Sequence record: PQ306574.1
Reading direction: 5' to 3' (one strand)
Length of the DNA: 64,000 nucleotides
Source of the DNA: Escherichia phage vB_EcoM_PTE-Eco09
Made by a program: the position numbers and the translations under genes. The first letter of the stretch is position 1, and every line of letters starts with the position of its first letter. This document shows, piece by piece, positions 46,218-55,117 of this stretch. The notes below the pieces were generated by a model. The model searched no databases. It was not told where the DNA came from and saw only the letters and a list, made by a program, of their open reading frames with translations.

Positions 46218-46898
46218 ATGATCAGAAACCGTCTTCCTCCAGATCCAGATATGCGAATTAATGCTAAATCTGTGTATATGTTATATTGCATGATGAAAGC
46301 TCATATGAACGGGCGTTATGATTGCGTAAAATACAATTGGAGGATGCGGTTGTCTGATGCCGCATTCAATAAACGCAGAGATAAGTATTATTTCGCAAAA
46401 TTAGCGGAAAAGTACAATCTAAGAGAATTATACTTCCTATTCCTAAGCAATCTGGTAGCTAATACCGATGCATGGGTAGGTGAAATCACCGATGTTGACG
46501 CATACGGGTTTTACATGGAGTACATCGGTAAAATCACTGATGCGGCAACACGATTTGACGATGACATTAAAAGTCTTGTATACTTCTCAGAGAAACGCGG
46601 GGTTACTCTTAAAGAGCTAATTACATATAATCCCGCAACCGAAACTAGCGGTATCTTTAAACTACTGCAAAATCGGATTATATCGTTTGAGTCGTTTATG
46701 TTGTTAGATAGCTTTCTAAATATAATCGACGAACACGACAAGGTAGCCAAAGACTTGATTTGGCAAACTTATAGTGTTAAAATGAAGGCGTACAAGAAAC
46801 TACTTGTTATTGACGCCGCAAAAGCAAGAGCATTATTTGTTAAAGTAGTTAAAGAGTGTAAAGAAATATCTCAATTAAAAGCCGAAACAAATAGTTGA
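46218..46898 (+). CDS. 59: helicase loader gp59
   Basis: 226 aa; SVYMLYCMMKAHMNGRYDCVKYNWRMRLSDAAFNKRRDKYYF and FLSNLVAN match remembered T4 gp59. Confidence 0.9.
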   Translation: MIRNRLPPDPDMRINAKSVYMLYCMMKAHMNGRYDCVKYNWRMRLSDAAFNKRRDKYYFAKLAEKYNLRELYFLFLSNLVANTDAWVGEITDVDAYGFYMEYIGKITDAATRFDDDIKSLVYFSEKRGVTLKELITYNPATETSGIFKLLQNRIISFESFMLLDSFLNIIDEHDKVAKDLIWQTYSVKMKAYKKLLVIDAAKARALFVKVVKECKEISQLKAETNS

Positions 46899-46958
46899 CA
46901 AGTAAATTTAAATCTGTATAATAGTCTAGTAAATTAATCAAAAGAAGGAATAGTGAAT

Positions 46959-47927
46959 ATGTTTAAACGCCAAGATTCTTCCAAACTGCAAGCTCAACTG
47001 GCCGCACTGAAAGGTGGCAACGGTTTCTCCAAAGAAGATCCGAAAGAGTGGAAGATTAAGACTGATGCAGCAGGTAACGGTGAAGCCCTGATTCGCTTCC
47101 TGCCGTCTAAGACAGAAGACGGTCTGCCGATTGTGAAACTGGTAAACCATTCCTTCAAAGTTAATGGCAAATGGTATTGGGAAAACTGCTCCAGCACCCA
47201 CGGTGATTTTGATTCTTGCCCTGTGTGCAAATATATTAACGAAAAAGACTTGTACAATACCGATAAAACCGAATGGCAACTGATTAAGCGTAAAGCGTCT
47301 TACTACGCAAACATTCTGGTACTGAAAGATCCTCAAGCACCAGAAAATGAAGGTAAGGTATTCAAATTCCGCTTCGGTCAGAAAATTTATGATAAGATCG
47401 TTGCAATGGTGAACGTGAATACCGATATGGGCGAAGTTCCGGTCGATGTAACTTGTGTGTTCTCTGGTGCTAACTTCCTCCTGAAAGCTAAGAAGGTTGA
47501 TAAACACCAGAACTATGATGATTCTCGTTTCATGCAGCAATCACAGCTTCCGAAAATTGAAGACGAAGCATATCAGAAATATCTGATGGAAAACATGGTT
47601 GATCTGAGTGAGATTGTAGCGCCTAGCCAGTTTAAACCGTTCGATGAACTGGAAACCAAATTTAAGAAAACTATGGGCGTTTCTATGGTAGCTGGTGCTG
47701 CGGCTTCCAGTGCTGCGGCAGCGATTAACAGCCAGCTTGACGATTTTGACGCACAGATGAATGCATTCGATTCTGGTATGACCGCAGCTAACACTGTAGT
47801 TGGTATTAACGCAGCTAGCACGGCGTTAGATTCTTCCGCTGATGACCTGATGGCATCTCTGGACCTGGGTGGCGGTACTTCCTCCGCTTCTGATCTGGAT
47901 GATCTTGACGCTCTGTTAGGGATGTAA
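46959..47927 (+). CDS. 32: single-stranded DNA-binding protein gp32
   Basis: MFKRQ...IRFLPSK...[17 protein letters not shown]...[12 protein letters not shown]; acidic C-terminal tail; long match to remembered T4 gp32. Confidence 0.95.
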   Translation: MFKRQDSSKLQAQLAALKGGNGFSKEDPKEWKIKTDAAGNGEALIRFLPSKTEDGLPIVKLVNHSFKVNGKWYWENCSSTHGDFDSCPVCKYINEKDLYNTDKTEWQLIKRKASYYANILVLKDPQAPENEGKVFKFRFGQKIYDKIVAMVNVNTDMGEVPVDVTCVFSGANFLLKAKKVDKHQNYDDSRFMQQSQLPKIEDEAYQKYLMENMVDLSEIVAPSQFKPFDELETKFKKTMGVSMVAGAAASSAAAAINSQLDDFDAQMNAFDSGMTAANTVVGINAASTALDSSADDLMASLDLGGGTSSASDLDDLDALLGM

Positions 47928-47936
47928 TGAATTTTA

Positions 47937-47965
47937 CAGCCTCCCTCCGGGAGGCTTTTTTATTG
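47937..47965 (+). terminator. intrinsic terminator after gene 32
   Basis: AGCCTCCC-TCCG-GGAGGCT followed by TTTTTTATT. Confidence 0.7.
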
Positions 47966-47987
47966 CCTAAAATTTTATGAAAAGGTG

Positions 47988-48015
47988 TTGACATGCTTAT
48001 GTGGTAATGTATAAT
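47988..48015 (+). promoter_or_regulatory. sigma70-like early promoter
   Basis: TTGACA-16 nt-TATAAT, then CATCGAAACAATGGAGGA leader. Confidence 0.55.
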
Positions 48016-48045
48016 GCACACATCGAAACAATGGAGGATAAAAAT

Positions 48046-49260
48046 ATGTTAGTACGTCAAGCGCATGAAATTGAATGGACTAAGGAGAAACATAATTGTA
48101 GAGCGAAAAGCCCAACAGATTTTTATGGTAAAATTTTAGAAATATGTAAAACAGAAAATTTAGTTTTTGTCGGCTTTGTTGGGGAATGGGAAGGAAACAA
48201 AACAAAAATAAAACTTATCTGCGAACATGGTCATGAATGGATATGTTCGATAGATAAATTTGTAAGTAAAGGAACAAGATGTTCTCATAAACAATGTAAA
48301 GGTAAACGAATATCTAAAAAATTGTCTATATCCGAAACGGAATACAAAACGAGAATTTTAGAAATATGTGAAACTGAAAATCTAATTTTCTTAGGTTTTG
48401 TTGGTGAATGGAAAGGGTGTGATACTAAAATTCGCATAAAATGCAAATACGGTCATGAATGGGATGTATCTATATATAGCTTCACAAAAATGAATACCAG
48501 ATGCCCTACATGCGCAGGACAGAACAGGACAAAAGACGAATACAAAACGAGAATTTTAGAAATATGTGAAACTGAAAATATAATTTTCTTAGGTTTTGTT
48601 GGTGAATGGAAAGGATGCCGCACAAAAATAAAACTTAGCTGCAAACACGGTCATGAATGGATATCTTCCATATTATGTTTTGTGTATCAAAATACTCGCT
48701 GTCCTGTATGTGTTGGTAGATTGTCTATCGACGATAGAATGATACAGATTAATCAAGTTTGCAATTCTTTAGGTTATGTAATAATTAAGATCCACGAAGA
48801 ATGGAAAAACACAGAAACTAAAATTGATGTTAAATGTTTATGTGATTATATATGGACAACAACAATACATAGAGTCATACATGGGACTACAGGTTGCAGA
48901 AAGTGTGCTACACATGGATACAATACAAAAAAATCGGGGACTCTTTATATACAGAAATTAACCAACGATGATTCCTTTGTTGGTGTGAAATTTGGAATAA
49001 CAAACAGAGACACGAATGAACGAATGAAAAACCAATCATCAAAGTCTAAATTCGACCATGAGATCTTTTATGAATTGACTTTACAAGACGGTCAAAAGAT
49101 CTTAGAATTAGAGAACAAGATCAAGAAAGCGATGAAAGGTAAAACTTCCTATATCTCAAAAGAAGATATGCCGGATGGCTGGACCGAAACAGTAGCGCCG
49201 TCTGAATTGAGCACTATCATGTATATCGTAAAAACTTTTGAAAAAGAGTTGACAGCGTAA
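48046..49260 (+). CDS. protein with three tandem zinc-ribbon repeats and a C-terminal T5orf172/GIY-YIG-like domain
   Basis: Repeats FxGFVGEW.G..TKI...C..GHEW......F......RCP.C; C-terminal GTLYIQKLTNDDSFVGVKFGITNRDTNERM. Confidence 0.55.
   Translation: MLVRQAHEIEWTKEKHNCRAKSPTDFYGKILEICKTENLVFVGFVGEWEGNKTKIKLICEHGHEWICSIDKFVSKGTRCSHKQCKGKRISKKLSISETEYKTRILEICETENLIFLGFVGEWKGCDTKIRIKCKYGHEWDVSIYSFTKMNTRCPTCAGQNRTKDEYKTRILEICETENIIFLGFVGEWKGCRTKIKLSCKHGHEWISSILCFVYQNTRCPVCVGRLSIDDRMIQINQVCNSLGYVIIKIHEEWKNTETKIDVKCLCDYIWTTTIHRVIHGTTGCRKCATHGYNTKKSGTLYIQKLTNDDSFVGVKFGITNRDTNERMKNQSSKSKFDHEIFYELTLQDGQKILELENKIKKAMKGKTSYISKEDMPDGWTETVAPSELSTIMYIVKTFEKELTA
48340..48735 (+). repeat. 198-bp tandem duplication inside the 48046-49260 CDS
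   Basis: About 78 bp from 48340 and from 48538 are identical apart from one mismatch; a more diverged third unit lies upstream near 48121. Confidence 0.75.
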
Positions 49261-49276
49261 CGCAATAGTGTATAAT
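49249..49276 (+). promoter_or_regulatory. sigma70-like early promoter
   Basis: TTGACA-16 nt-TATAAT, then ATCGAAACAACGGAGGA. Confidence 0.55.
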
Positions 49277-49305
49277 GCACATATCGAAACAACGGAGGAT
49301 TAACA

Positions 49306-49635
49306 ATGTTTTTGAATGCCACCCTTTCCCAGAAAAGTGATAAAATCGAACTTCTGTATGTCATTGCTGATGTGGACGTACAACGAAGAAATATAGATTT
49401 AAAAATTCACAAATATTATACTATGAGCGAATATCATGAAATAGAGATCCCACATAGTGTGTATCCTGCATTATTGTTAGGAAAAGGAAATCTAAGTGAA
49501 TATTCTTTGAAAGTCATCAAAGATTCTAAATCAATGCTTGCTCATATGGAAAAAGATTTTCTTGATGAAGTTTCCGCGCTAGTTATTAAACTGAAAGAAG
49601 AAACAGCACCGCTTTTCATGGAACAAAAAGGTTGA
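49306..49635 (+). CDS. hypothetical protein
   Basis: 109-aa ORF. Confidence 0.45.
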   Translation: MFLNATLSQKSDKIELLYVIADVDVQRRNIDLKIHKYYTMSEYHEIEIPHSVYPALLLGKGNLSEYSLKVIKDSKSMLAHMEKDFLDEVSALVIKLKEETAPLFMEQKG

Positions 49636-49659
49636 CGCCGAACACAGATGATGTATAAT
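49632..49659 (+). promoter_or_regulatory. sigma70-like early promoter
   Basis: TTGACG-16 nt-TATAAT, then CATCGAAACAAAGAGAGGA. Confidence 0.55.
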
Positions 49660-49690
49660 ACAAACATCGAAACAAAGAGAGGACTATATT

Positions 49691-50020
49691 ATGTGGACAG
49701 TAGAAAAAATCGTTGACGAATCAACCGAAATTGTCTCGTGTGGCACTATTGAAGAATGTCTTAAAGCCGCTAACCGTGAATGTATTACGGTTTATGAATC
49801 CCGTCGCGGTGATGGTAGCTTGATTCAAAGTGATTATCGTTACACCGCACATAAAATTGTATTCCGTTTCTGGGAAAACGGTGTCAATGTCGGTGTCAGC
49901 TTACTGAAAATGTGGCGTGATTATTCCGAACGCTACTATGTTTCTCCTGATGATGGTAATGAATTTAAGACAGCAATCACAGAAGAAAATGTAAACGAAA
50001 ACTATTTCAAACTGATTTGA
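49691..50020 (+). CDS. hypothetical protein
   Basis: 109-aa ORF. Confidence 0.45.
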   Translation: MWTVEKIVDESTEIVSCGTIEECLKAANRECITVYESRRGDGSLIQSDYRYTAHKIVFRFWENGVNVGVSLLKMWRDYSERYYVSPDDGNEFKTAITEENVNENYFKLI

Positions 50021-50035
50021 TGGGAGATTTATATT

Positions 50036-50605
50036 ATGATTCAATGTGTATTTGCTATTGGTGACACTAAAATGTCAGATGAAAATTGGGCTTTTGGTTT
50101 TAAAGGCGGTTTACCGTGGGGGCGTCCAATTAAAAAGGACATGGAAAACTTTAAAATGCGCACTATGGGAGATGTTGATCTTGCGGCGGTTGTAATGGGA
50201 CGTAATACCTTTGAAAGTCTGCCTAAAGCACTGGAAGGTCGTCTTAATGTGGTTATTAGTACCGATGCCAGCAAGCCGACACCGAAAGCCAAAAACGGCG
50301 ACCAGCCTAATGTGTATACTGGAATTGAATTAAAGGATCTGTTAAAAGTCCTGGAGAAAACGCAAGGTTTGGTAAGTGTTATCGGTGGACCTTCCCTGAT
50401 TGAAAAAGCGGTTGACTTTGCGGATCGTATTGTGTTAACATATGTTCAACGAGCAGGAATTAATGATCCGTTCGAATATGATGTTGGTATCTCTAAGGAA
50501 ATGATTCAGGAATTATATTTTGACTTTGCAACAAAAGAAGAACATAATTACTTCCTTGATGATTACCTGATCAGCGAACAAATTTTAGAACGTAAGAAGG
50601 CGTAA
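50036..50605 (+). CDS. frd: dihydrofolate reductase
   Basis: 189 aa; GGLPWGRPIKKD, AVVMGRNTFESLP, VIGGPSLIEKA are DHFR motifs; position before td. Confidence 0.8.
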   Translation: MIQCVFAIGDTKMSDENWAFGFKGGLPWGRPIKKDMENFKMRTMGDVDLAAVVMGRNTFESLPKALEGRLNVVISTDASKPTPKAKNGDQPNVYTGIELKDLLKVLEKTQGLVSVIGGPSLIEKAVDFADRIVLTYVQRAGINDPFEYDVGISKEMIQELYFDFATKEEHNYFLDDYLISEQILERKKA

Positions 50606-50606
50606 C

Positions 50607-50699
50607 ATGAAAATTCTGACAGATTATGAGTGCAAACATTGTGGTGAATCTTTGATGTTTGCTGGTAGTCGGTGCTTACATTGCGGACGGGAACAATAA
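50607..50699 (+). CDS. tiny zinc-ribbon peptide
   Basis: 30 codons with CxxC...CxxC (YECKHCG...RCLHCG); TAATG overlaps on both sides. Confidence 0.3.
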   Translation: MKILTDYECKHCGESLMFAGSRCLHCGREQ

Positions 50700-50968
50700 T
50701 GAAAGTCGGTATTATTCAATTATGGACGGCTACCAGTGAAAACTACGCAGTAGCCGTAGATTATTACGGTTTACAATATCTCTATGATGAAGCGAGCGCA
50801 TCATGGCTTCCTGTGCAAGAAAATAGCGATATCTCAAGACCTGCTACTATATTCGACCGTGGCGTTGTCTTTATCGATATTGACGAGACAGTAGCAAAAC
50901 TGCGTAAGAAAGCAATCAACAAGAAAAAGGTGATGTGGGATGAAAGAATATTTGAAACTATTGCGTGA
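50699..50968 (+). CDS. hypothetical protein
   Basis: 89-aa ORF from ATG 50699; overlaps the td start. Confidence 0.4.
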   Translation: MKVGIIQLWTATSENYAVAVDYYGLQYLYDEASASWLPVQENSDISRPATIFDRGVVFIDIDETVAKLRKKAINKKKVMWDERIFETIA

Positions 50969-52160
50969 TGTTCTCGATAATGGCTGGCCTCGTGAAGATC
51001 GAACGGGGGTAGGTACGCTCTCTAAATTCGGCGCAGAGATGCGAATTGACTTAAGCAAGGGTTTCCCATTACTGACCACTAAAAAGATGGCTACAGCCTC
51101 TGTAATTGGCGAATTGCTATGGTTTATGGAGGGATCACTTGACCGCCGTCGCTTACAGGAAATTACACGCGGTAAGTTTGACGAAGAAGCCTTCGACATT
51201 TGGCGCGGCAACTGTCTTGATATGAAAGAAAAGAATCCTTTGCGATTCAATGGTTATAATGTCGGCAATATGTATGGTATGGCGTGGCGACGCAAACCGA
51301 TTCATCCACACGGTGAAATCAAAATTAAGCGCGTTAAGAGCAAATATACACATACATTTAAGCACCCGTGGGTAGAAGACTTTACGCCAACCAATGAAAC
51401 AGAAGACCGTTTATGTGCTATCTGGCGTGGTATGCGTTATGAAGAGTTTGATTATATTCTGGTAGCAGACCACTGGAAGACTCAATCTAATTTTGTTAAT
51501 GATGCATATTGCTTGTGGGGATTCCAGGAATGGGTAGATGATGGTTATTTCGGTTATCTGCTTGATAGTGATTATCTGGGTGGGGATATTATAGCACCGG
51601 ATACCACGATGTTTGTTAGTATGGACGTAGACACATCAAGCACTAAAGACGATGAAGAATATGTCTATCGCCCGAAGATTTGGGAAGACCAGTTACAAAA
51701 CGTGATCGAACAAATTAAAAACAATCCAACGGATCGCCGGATCATTATTGACTCATGGAACGTACAAGGAACACATAATGCTGTATTAGGTGTATGTCAT
51801 CCTTTCGTGCAATTCTACGTCAATGAAGGTAAACTGTCTTGTATGTGGTTTCAGCGAAGCGTAGACAGCTTTTTAGGCTTGCCCTTTAACGTCGCCAGCT
51901 ATGCGCTGTTAACTCACATCATAGCGAAAATGTGTGATCTTGAGGTAGGAGAACTGATTTTCTCTGGTGGAGATACTCACATTTACAAAAACCATTTTGA
52001 TCAAGTCATGGAACAGTTAAGCCGTGTTCCGTTTGATAAACCAACAATTGAGTTGCCGGAATTTAAATCTTTAGATGAGGTATTGACAAAGACTCCGAAA
52101 GACTTTAAAATTCACAACTATCAAAGCCATCCAGCGATCACCGCTCAAATGGCAGTATAA
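50940..52160 (+). CDS. td: thymidylate synthase with a large internal insertion
   Basis: TS motifs DRTGVGT, YGMAWRR, DRRIIIDSWN, LGVCHPFVQFYV, LSCMWFQRSVDSFLGLPFNVASYALLT; 406 aa with extra residues between WRR and DQL. Confidence 0.9.
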   Translation: MKEYLKLLRDVLDNGWPREDRTGVGTLSKFGAEMRIDLSKGFPLLTTKKMATASVIGELLWFMEGSLDRRRLQEITRGKFDEEAFDIWRGNCLDMKEKNPLRFNGYNVGNMYGMAWRRKPIHPHGEIKIKRVKSKYTHTFKHPWVEDFTPTNETEDRLCAIWRGMRYEEFDYILVADHWKTQSNFVNDAYCLWGFQEWVDDGYFGYLLDSDYLGGDIIAPDTTMFVSMDVDTSSTKDDEEYVYRPKIWEDQLQNVIEQIKNNPTDRRIIIDSWNVQGTHNAVLGVCHPFVQFYVNEGKLSCMWFQRSVDSFLGLPFNVASYALLTHIIAKMCDLEVGELIFSGGDTHIYKNHFDQVMEQLSRVPFDKPTIELPEFKSLDEVLTKTPKDFKIHNYQSHPAITAQMAV

Positions 52161-52165
52161 ACAAA

Positions 52166-52181
52166 GGGGGCGAAAGCCCCC
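52166..52181 (+). other. GNRA-loop hairpin after td
   Basis: GGGGGC-GAAA-GCCCCC with no U-tract; the same hairpin occurs at 39551-39566. Confidence 0.4.
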
Positions 52182-52228
52182 AATATGGAGGATAAACTTG
52201 TTCCTGCTAAAATATGAAGTGAGGTAAT

Positions 52229-54472
52229 ATGATTAAAAATGTTGTTAAGTCTTCCGGTCTGACTGTTCCGTTTGAAAAAGAAAAAGTAATGAAAATTCTG
52301 GAAGCGGCAGCCGAAGGTCATAACGTTGATCCATATGAATTGTTTGATATGGTTGAACCACTTCTGACAGAAGGTATGTCTACCAATGATATCCAGAAAG
52401 TATTGATTAAGGTCGCCGCAGATAACATCACGGTAGAAACACCCGATTATCAATATGTAGCAAGTAACCTTGCAATGTTCGCGCTTCGTAAATCAGTATA
52501 CGGTCAATTCCAACCTATTGATTTTTATAGCCATATTGAGCGTAATATTGCAACCGGAAAATATGATCGCGAAATTCTGCAAAAATATTCCCGTGAAGAA
52601 GTGGAATATCTGGAGAAATTCATCGACCATAAACTTGATTTTAAAATGACCTATGCTGGTGCGATGCAGTTAAAAGAGAAATATCTTGTTCAGGATCGCA
52701 GCACTAAGAAAATCATCGAAACACCGCAATTTGCGTATATGCTGATCGGTATGTGCTTGCATCAAGAAGAGACCGAAAATCGACTTGAACATGTGATTGA
52801 TTTTTATAATGCGGTTGCGAATAAGCAAATCTCTCTGCCTACTCCGATTATGGCAGGTGTGCGTACCCCAACACGCCAATTTAGTTCGTGTGTGGTGATT
52901 GAAAGTGATGACTCATTGCAGGGTATTAATGAAACCGCAAATGCAATCATCAAGTATATTAGCAAGCGTGCTGGTATCGGTATCAACGCTGGCATGATTC
53001 GCGCGGAAGGATCTAAGATCGGGCATGGTGAAGTTCGTCATACTGGAGTTATCCCATTCTGGAAACATTTTCAGACTGCCGTTAAGTCATGCTCACAAGG
53101 CGGTATTCGTGGCGGGGCGGCGACTCTCTATTACCCAATGTGGCATTTAGAGTTTGAAAGTCTGATTGTGTTAAAGAACAATAAGGGGGTGGAAGATAAC
53201 CGCATTCGTCATCTTGATTACGGCGTACAGATTAATAACCTGATGGTAGAGCGATTCCTTAAACGGGATTACATTACTCTGTTTAGTCCAGATGTTGCAG
53301 GTGGCTTGTTGTGGGATCTATACTTCCGAGATGAGGAAGGTTTCCGCCAGCTTTACGAAAAACTGGAAAAAGATCCGAGTGTTCGTAAAACTCGTGTTAA
53401 AGCCGAAGACCTGTTTTTAGCGGTGGCAATTGAACGTTTTAACACTGGTCGAATCTACCCAACGTTCACAGACAACATGAACAATCACGGGGCGTTTATT
53501 CGTAATGTAGCACCGATTAAACAATCTAACCTGTGTTGTGAAATTGCTCTGCCAACAAAACCGATGGGTCGTGATGATTCAGAGATCAGCCTATGCACTT
53601 TGGCAGCATATGTTTTAGGTAATTTCGATATCGAAAATATGGAAGAAGTAGAACGCATTGCTATGGTTATGGTGCGTGCACTTGACAACCTGTTAGATTA
53701 TCAGGATTATCCTGTAGAACAAGCTCTGACAGCCAAAAAACGTCGCTCTCTGGGTGTTGGTGTGACTAACTTTGCATCGTATCTAGCAGATAATTTCTTC
53801 ACATATGAAGACGCTAGCGAGTTTACGCATAAAACGTTTGAACGCTTGCAATATGCTCTGATTAAGGCTAGTGTGCGACTGGCTAAAGAGAAGGGTGCTT
53901 GCGAACTGATGCACGAAACACGCTATGGTCGCGGTGAACTTCCTATCGACTGGTACAAAAAGACAGTAGATGAACTGGTTGATCCGGTGTATGAGATGGA
54001 TTGGGAAGAACTGCGCGAAGACCTGAAAAAATATGGCATTCGTAACAGTACGCTTTCGGCGCTGATGCCCTGTGAGTCATCTTCTCAGGTGTCTAACAGC
54101 ACAAACGGTATTGAACCGCCTCGCGGGATTGTATCGGTTAAAGGATCGAAAGAAGGGCAATTTAATCAGGTTATTCCGAACGTAGAGAATAATGCTGATG
54201 TTATTGACCTGCTTTGGACACTGATCAAGAAAGGTAACAAGCCCTATCTGACACTGGCAGCGATCATGCAGAAGTTTGTAGATCAGGCGATTAGTTCCAA
54301 TACATCCTATGATCCAAGCACTTATAAGACTGGTAAAGTCGATATTGCTGATGTGTTAGATGATATGTTGTTCGCTCAACATTACGGTCTGAAAACCCTG
54401 TATTATGCGAACGTTCGCGACGGTGCAGATGGTACGGAAGACGCTAGCGAGTGCTCATCTTGCAAGCTGTAA
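52229..54472 (+). CDS. nrdA: ribonucleotide reductase large subunit NrdA
   Basis: 747 aa; N-terminal ATP-cone, class I RNR core; C-terminal CSSCKL-type tail. Confidence 0.9.
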   Translation: MIKNVVKSSGLTVPFEKEKVMKILEAAAEGHNVDPYELFDMVEPLLTEGMSTNDIQKVLIKVAADNITVETPDYQYVASNLAMFALRKSVYGQFQPIDFYSHIERNIATGKYDREILQKYSREEVEYLEKFIDHKLDFKMTYAGAMQLKEKYLVQDRSTKKIIETPQFAYMLIGMCLHQEETENRLEHVIDFYNAVANKQISLPTPIMAGVRTPTRQFSSCVVIESDDSLQGINETANAIIKYISKRAGIGINAGMIRAEGSKIGHGEVRHTGVIPFWKHFQTAVKSCSQGGIRGGAATLYYPMWHLEFESLIVLKNNKGVEDNRIRHLDYGVQINNLMVERFLKRDYITLFSPDVAGGLLWDLYFRDEEGFRQLYEKLEKDPSVRKTRVKAEDLFLAVAIERFNTGRIYPTFTDNMNNHGAFIRNVAPIKQSNLCCEIALPTKPMGRDDSEISLCTLAAYVLGNFDIENMEEVERIAMVMVRALDNLLDYQDYPVEQALTAKKRRSLGVGVTNFASYLADNFFTYEDASEFTHKTFERLQYALIKASVRLAKEKGACELMHETRYGRGELPIDWYKKTVDELVDPVYEMDWEELREDLKKYGIRNSTLSALMPCESSSQVSNSTNGIEPPRGIVSVKGSKEGQFNQVIPNVENNADVIDLLWTLIKKGNKPYLTLAAIMQKFVDQAISSNTSYDPSTYKTGKVDIADVLDDMLFAQHYGLKTLYYANVRDGADGTEDASECSSCKL

Positions 54473-54480
54473 AATAAGTG

Positions 54481-54509
54481 TTGACGCGGGGAGAAATCCC
54501 CGCTATAAT
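54481..54509 (+). promoter_or_regulatory. sigma70-like early promoter with hairpin in the spacer
   Basis: TTGACG-17 nt-TATAAT; GCGGGGA-GAAA-TCCCCGC lies between -35 and -10. Confidence 0.5.
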
Positions 54510-54540
54510 ACAACCATCAAAAACAAGTGAGGATTTTATT

Positions 54541-54708
54541 ATGACCAAATTAAAATGTGTTGCTGTAGATTTTGAGCTAGCTGATAGCTTTGTTGTTGGT
54601 GATGAATATGATGCTCGACATGATGGGACTTGCTACTACGTCGAGGATGAATACGGTGTAGAATGGGCGATTCTTCCTGATGATAAATGTTTTGAGGTTG
54701 TCGGATAA
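54541..54708 (+). CDS. hypothetical small protein
   Basis: 55-aa ORF. Confidence 0.35.
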   Translation: MTKLKCVAVDFELADSFVVGDEYDARHDGTCYYVEDEYGVEWAILPDDKCFEVVG

Positions 54709-54881
54709 TGGCTACTGTATGGTTATTGATTGCAATAAGCAATTCAATGTATAATTACGGAAATATGTCAAGCATTGAGTTTGCAACAAAGCAGGATTGC
54801 GTTAAAGCTCGCGAGATTATCCGCGAAGACAATAAACGCTTTATGAATCTATATTGCGTTGAAAAACAAAAGGTGAACTAA
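54708..54881 (+). CDS. small hydrophobic-N-terminus protein (tandem paralog 1)
   Basis: 57 aa MATVWLLIAISNSMYNYGNMSSIEF...; TAATG overlap. Confidence 0.4.
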   Translation: MATVWLLIAISNSMYNYGNMSSIEFATKQDCVKAREIIREDNKRFMNLYCVEKQKVN

Positions 54882-55048
54882 TGGCTACATTATGGTTATT
54901 GCTTTCCGTTAGCGTAGGCGTATATAATAAAGGAACTGTTACCAGCGTAGAGTTTTCATCATATCAAAATTGTTTTGAAGCTGTGCAGGAATTGCAGCAG
55001 GATAGCGAAATAAACAGAAATACTAAGTTCTTTTGTGTTAAAAAGTGA
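54881..55048 (+). CDS. small hydrophobic-N-terminus protein (tandem paralog 2)
   Basis: 55 aa MATLWLLLSVSVGVYNKGTVTSVEF...; similar to the preceding ORF. Confidence 0.4.
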   Translation: MATLWLLLSVSVGVYNKGTVTSVEFSSYQNCFEAVQELQQDSEINRNTKFFCVKK

Positions 55049-55057
55049 TAGTGAGGT

Positions 55058-55117
55058 GAATTAATCCTTCTTCTGGATACCTGATAAATAATGGTATACA
55101 GAAAAGAGGATTAATTC
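55058..55117 (+). promoter_or_regulatory. RBS-sequestering inverted repeat with late-promoter-like element upstream of the mobE-like gene
   Basis: Perfect 11-bp inverted repeat GAATTAATCCT (55058-55068) / AGGATTAATTC (55107-55117); the 3' arm covers the RBS; loop contains GATAAATAAT. Confidence 0.55.

Noticed and set aside
48121-48735. CRISPR-like array suggested by the periodic repeats
   Set aside because: The repeats are 198-bp in-frame coding repeats (zinc-ribbon modules) inside one ORF, not short repeats with unique spacers.
51295-51660. Intein in thymidylate synthase (or in gp43)
   Set aside because: The inserted segment does not begin with Cys/Ser/Thr after the splice-type junction or end with His-Asn followed by a nucleophile, and has no recognisable intein blocks.
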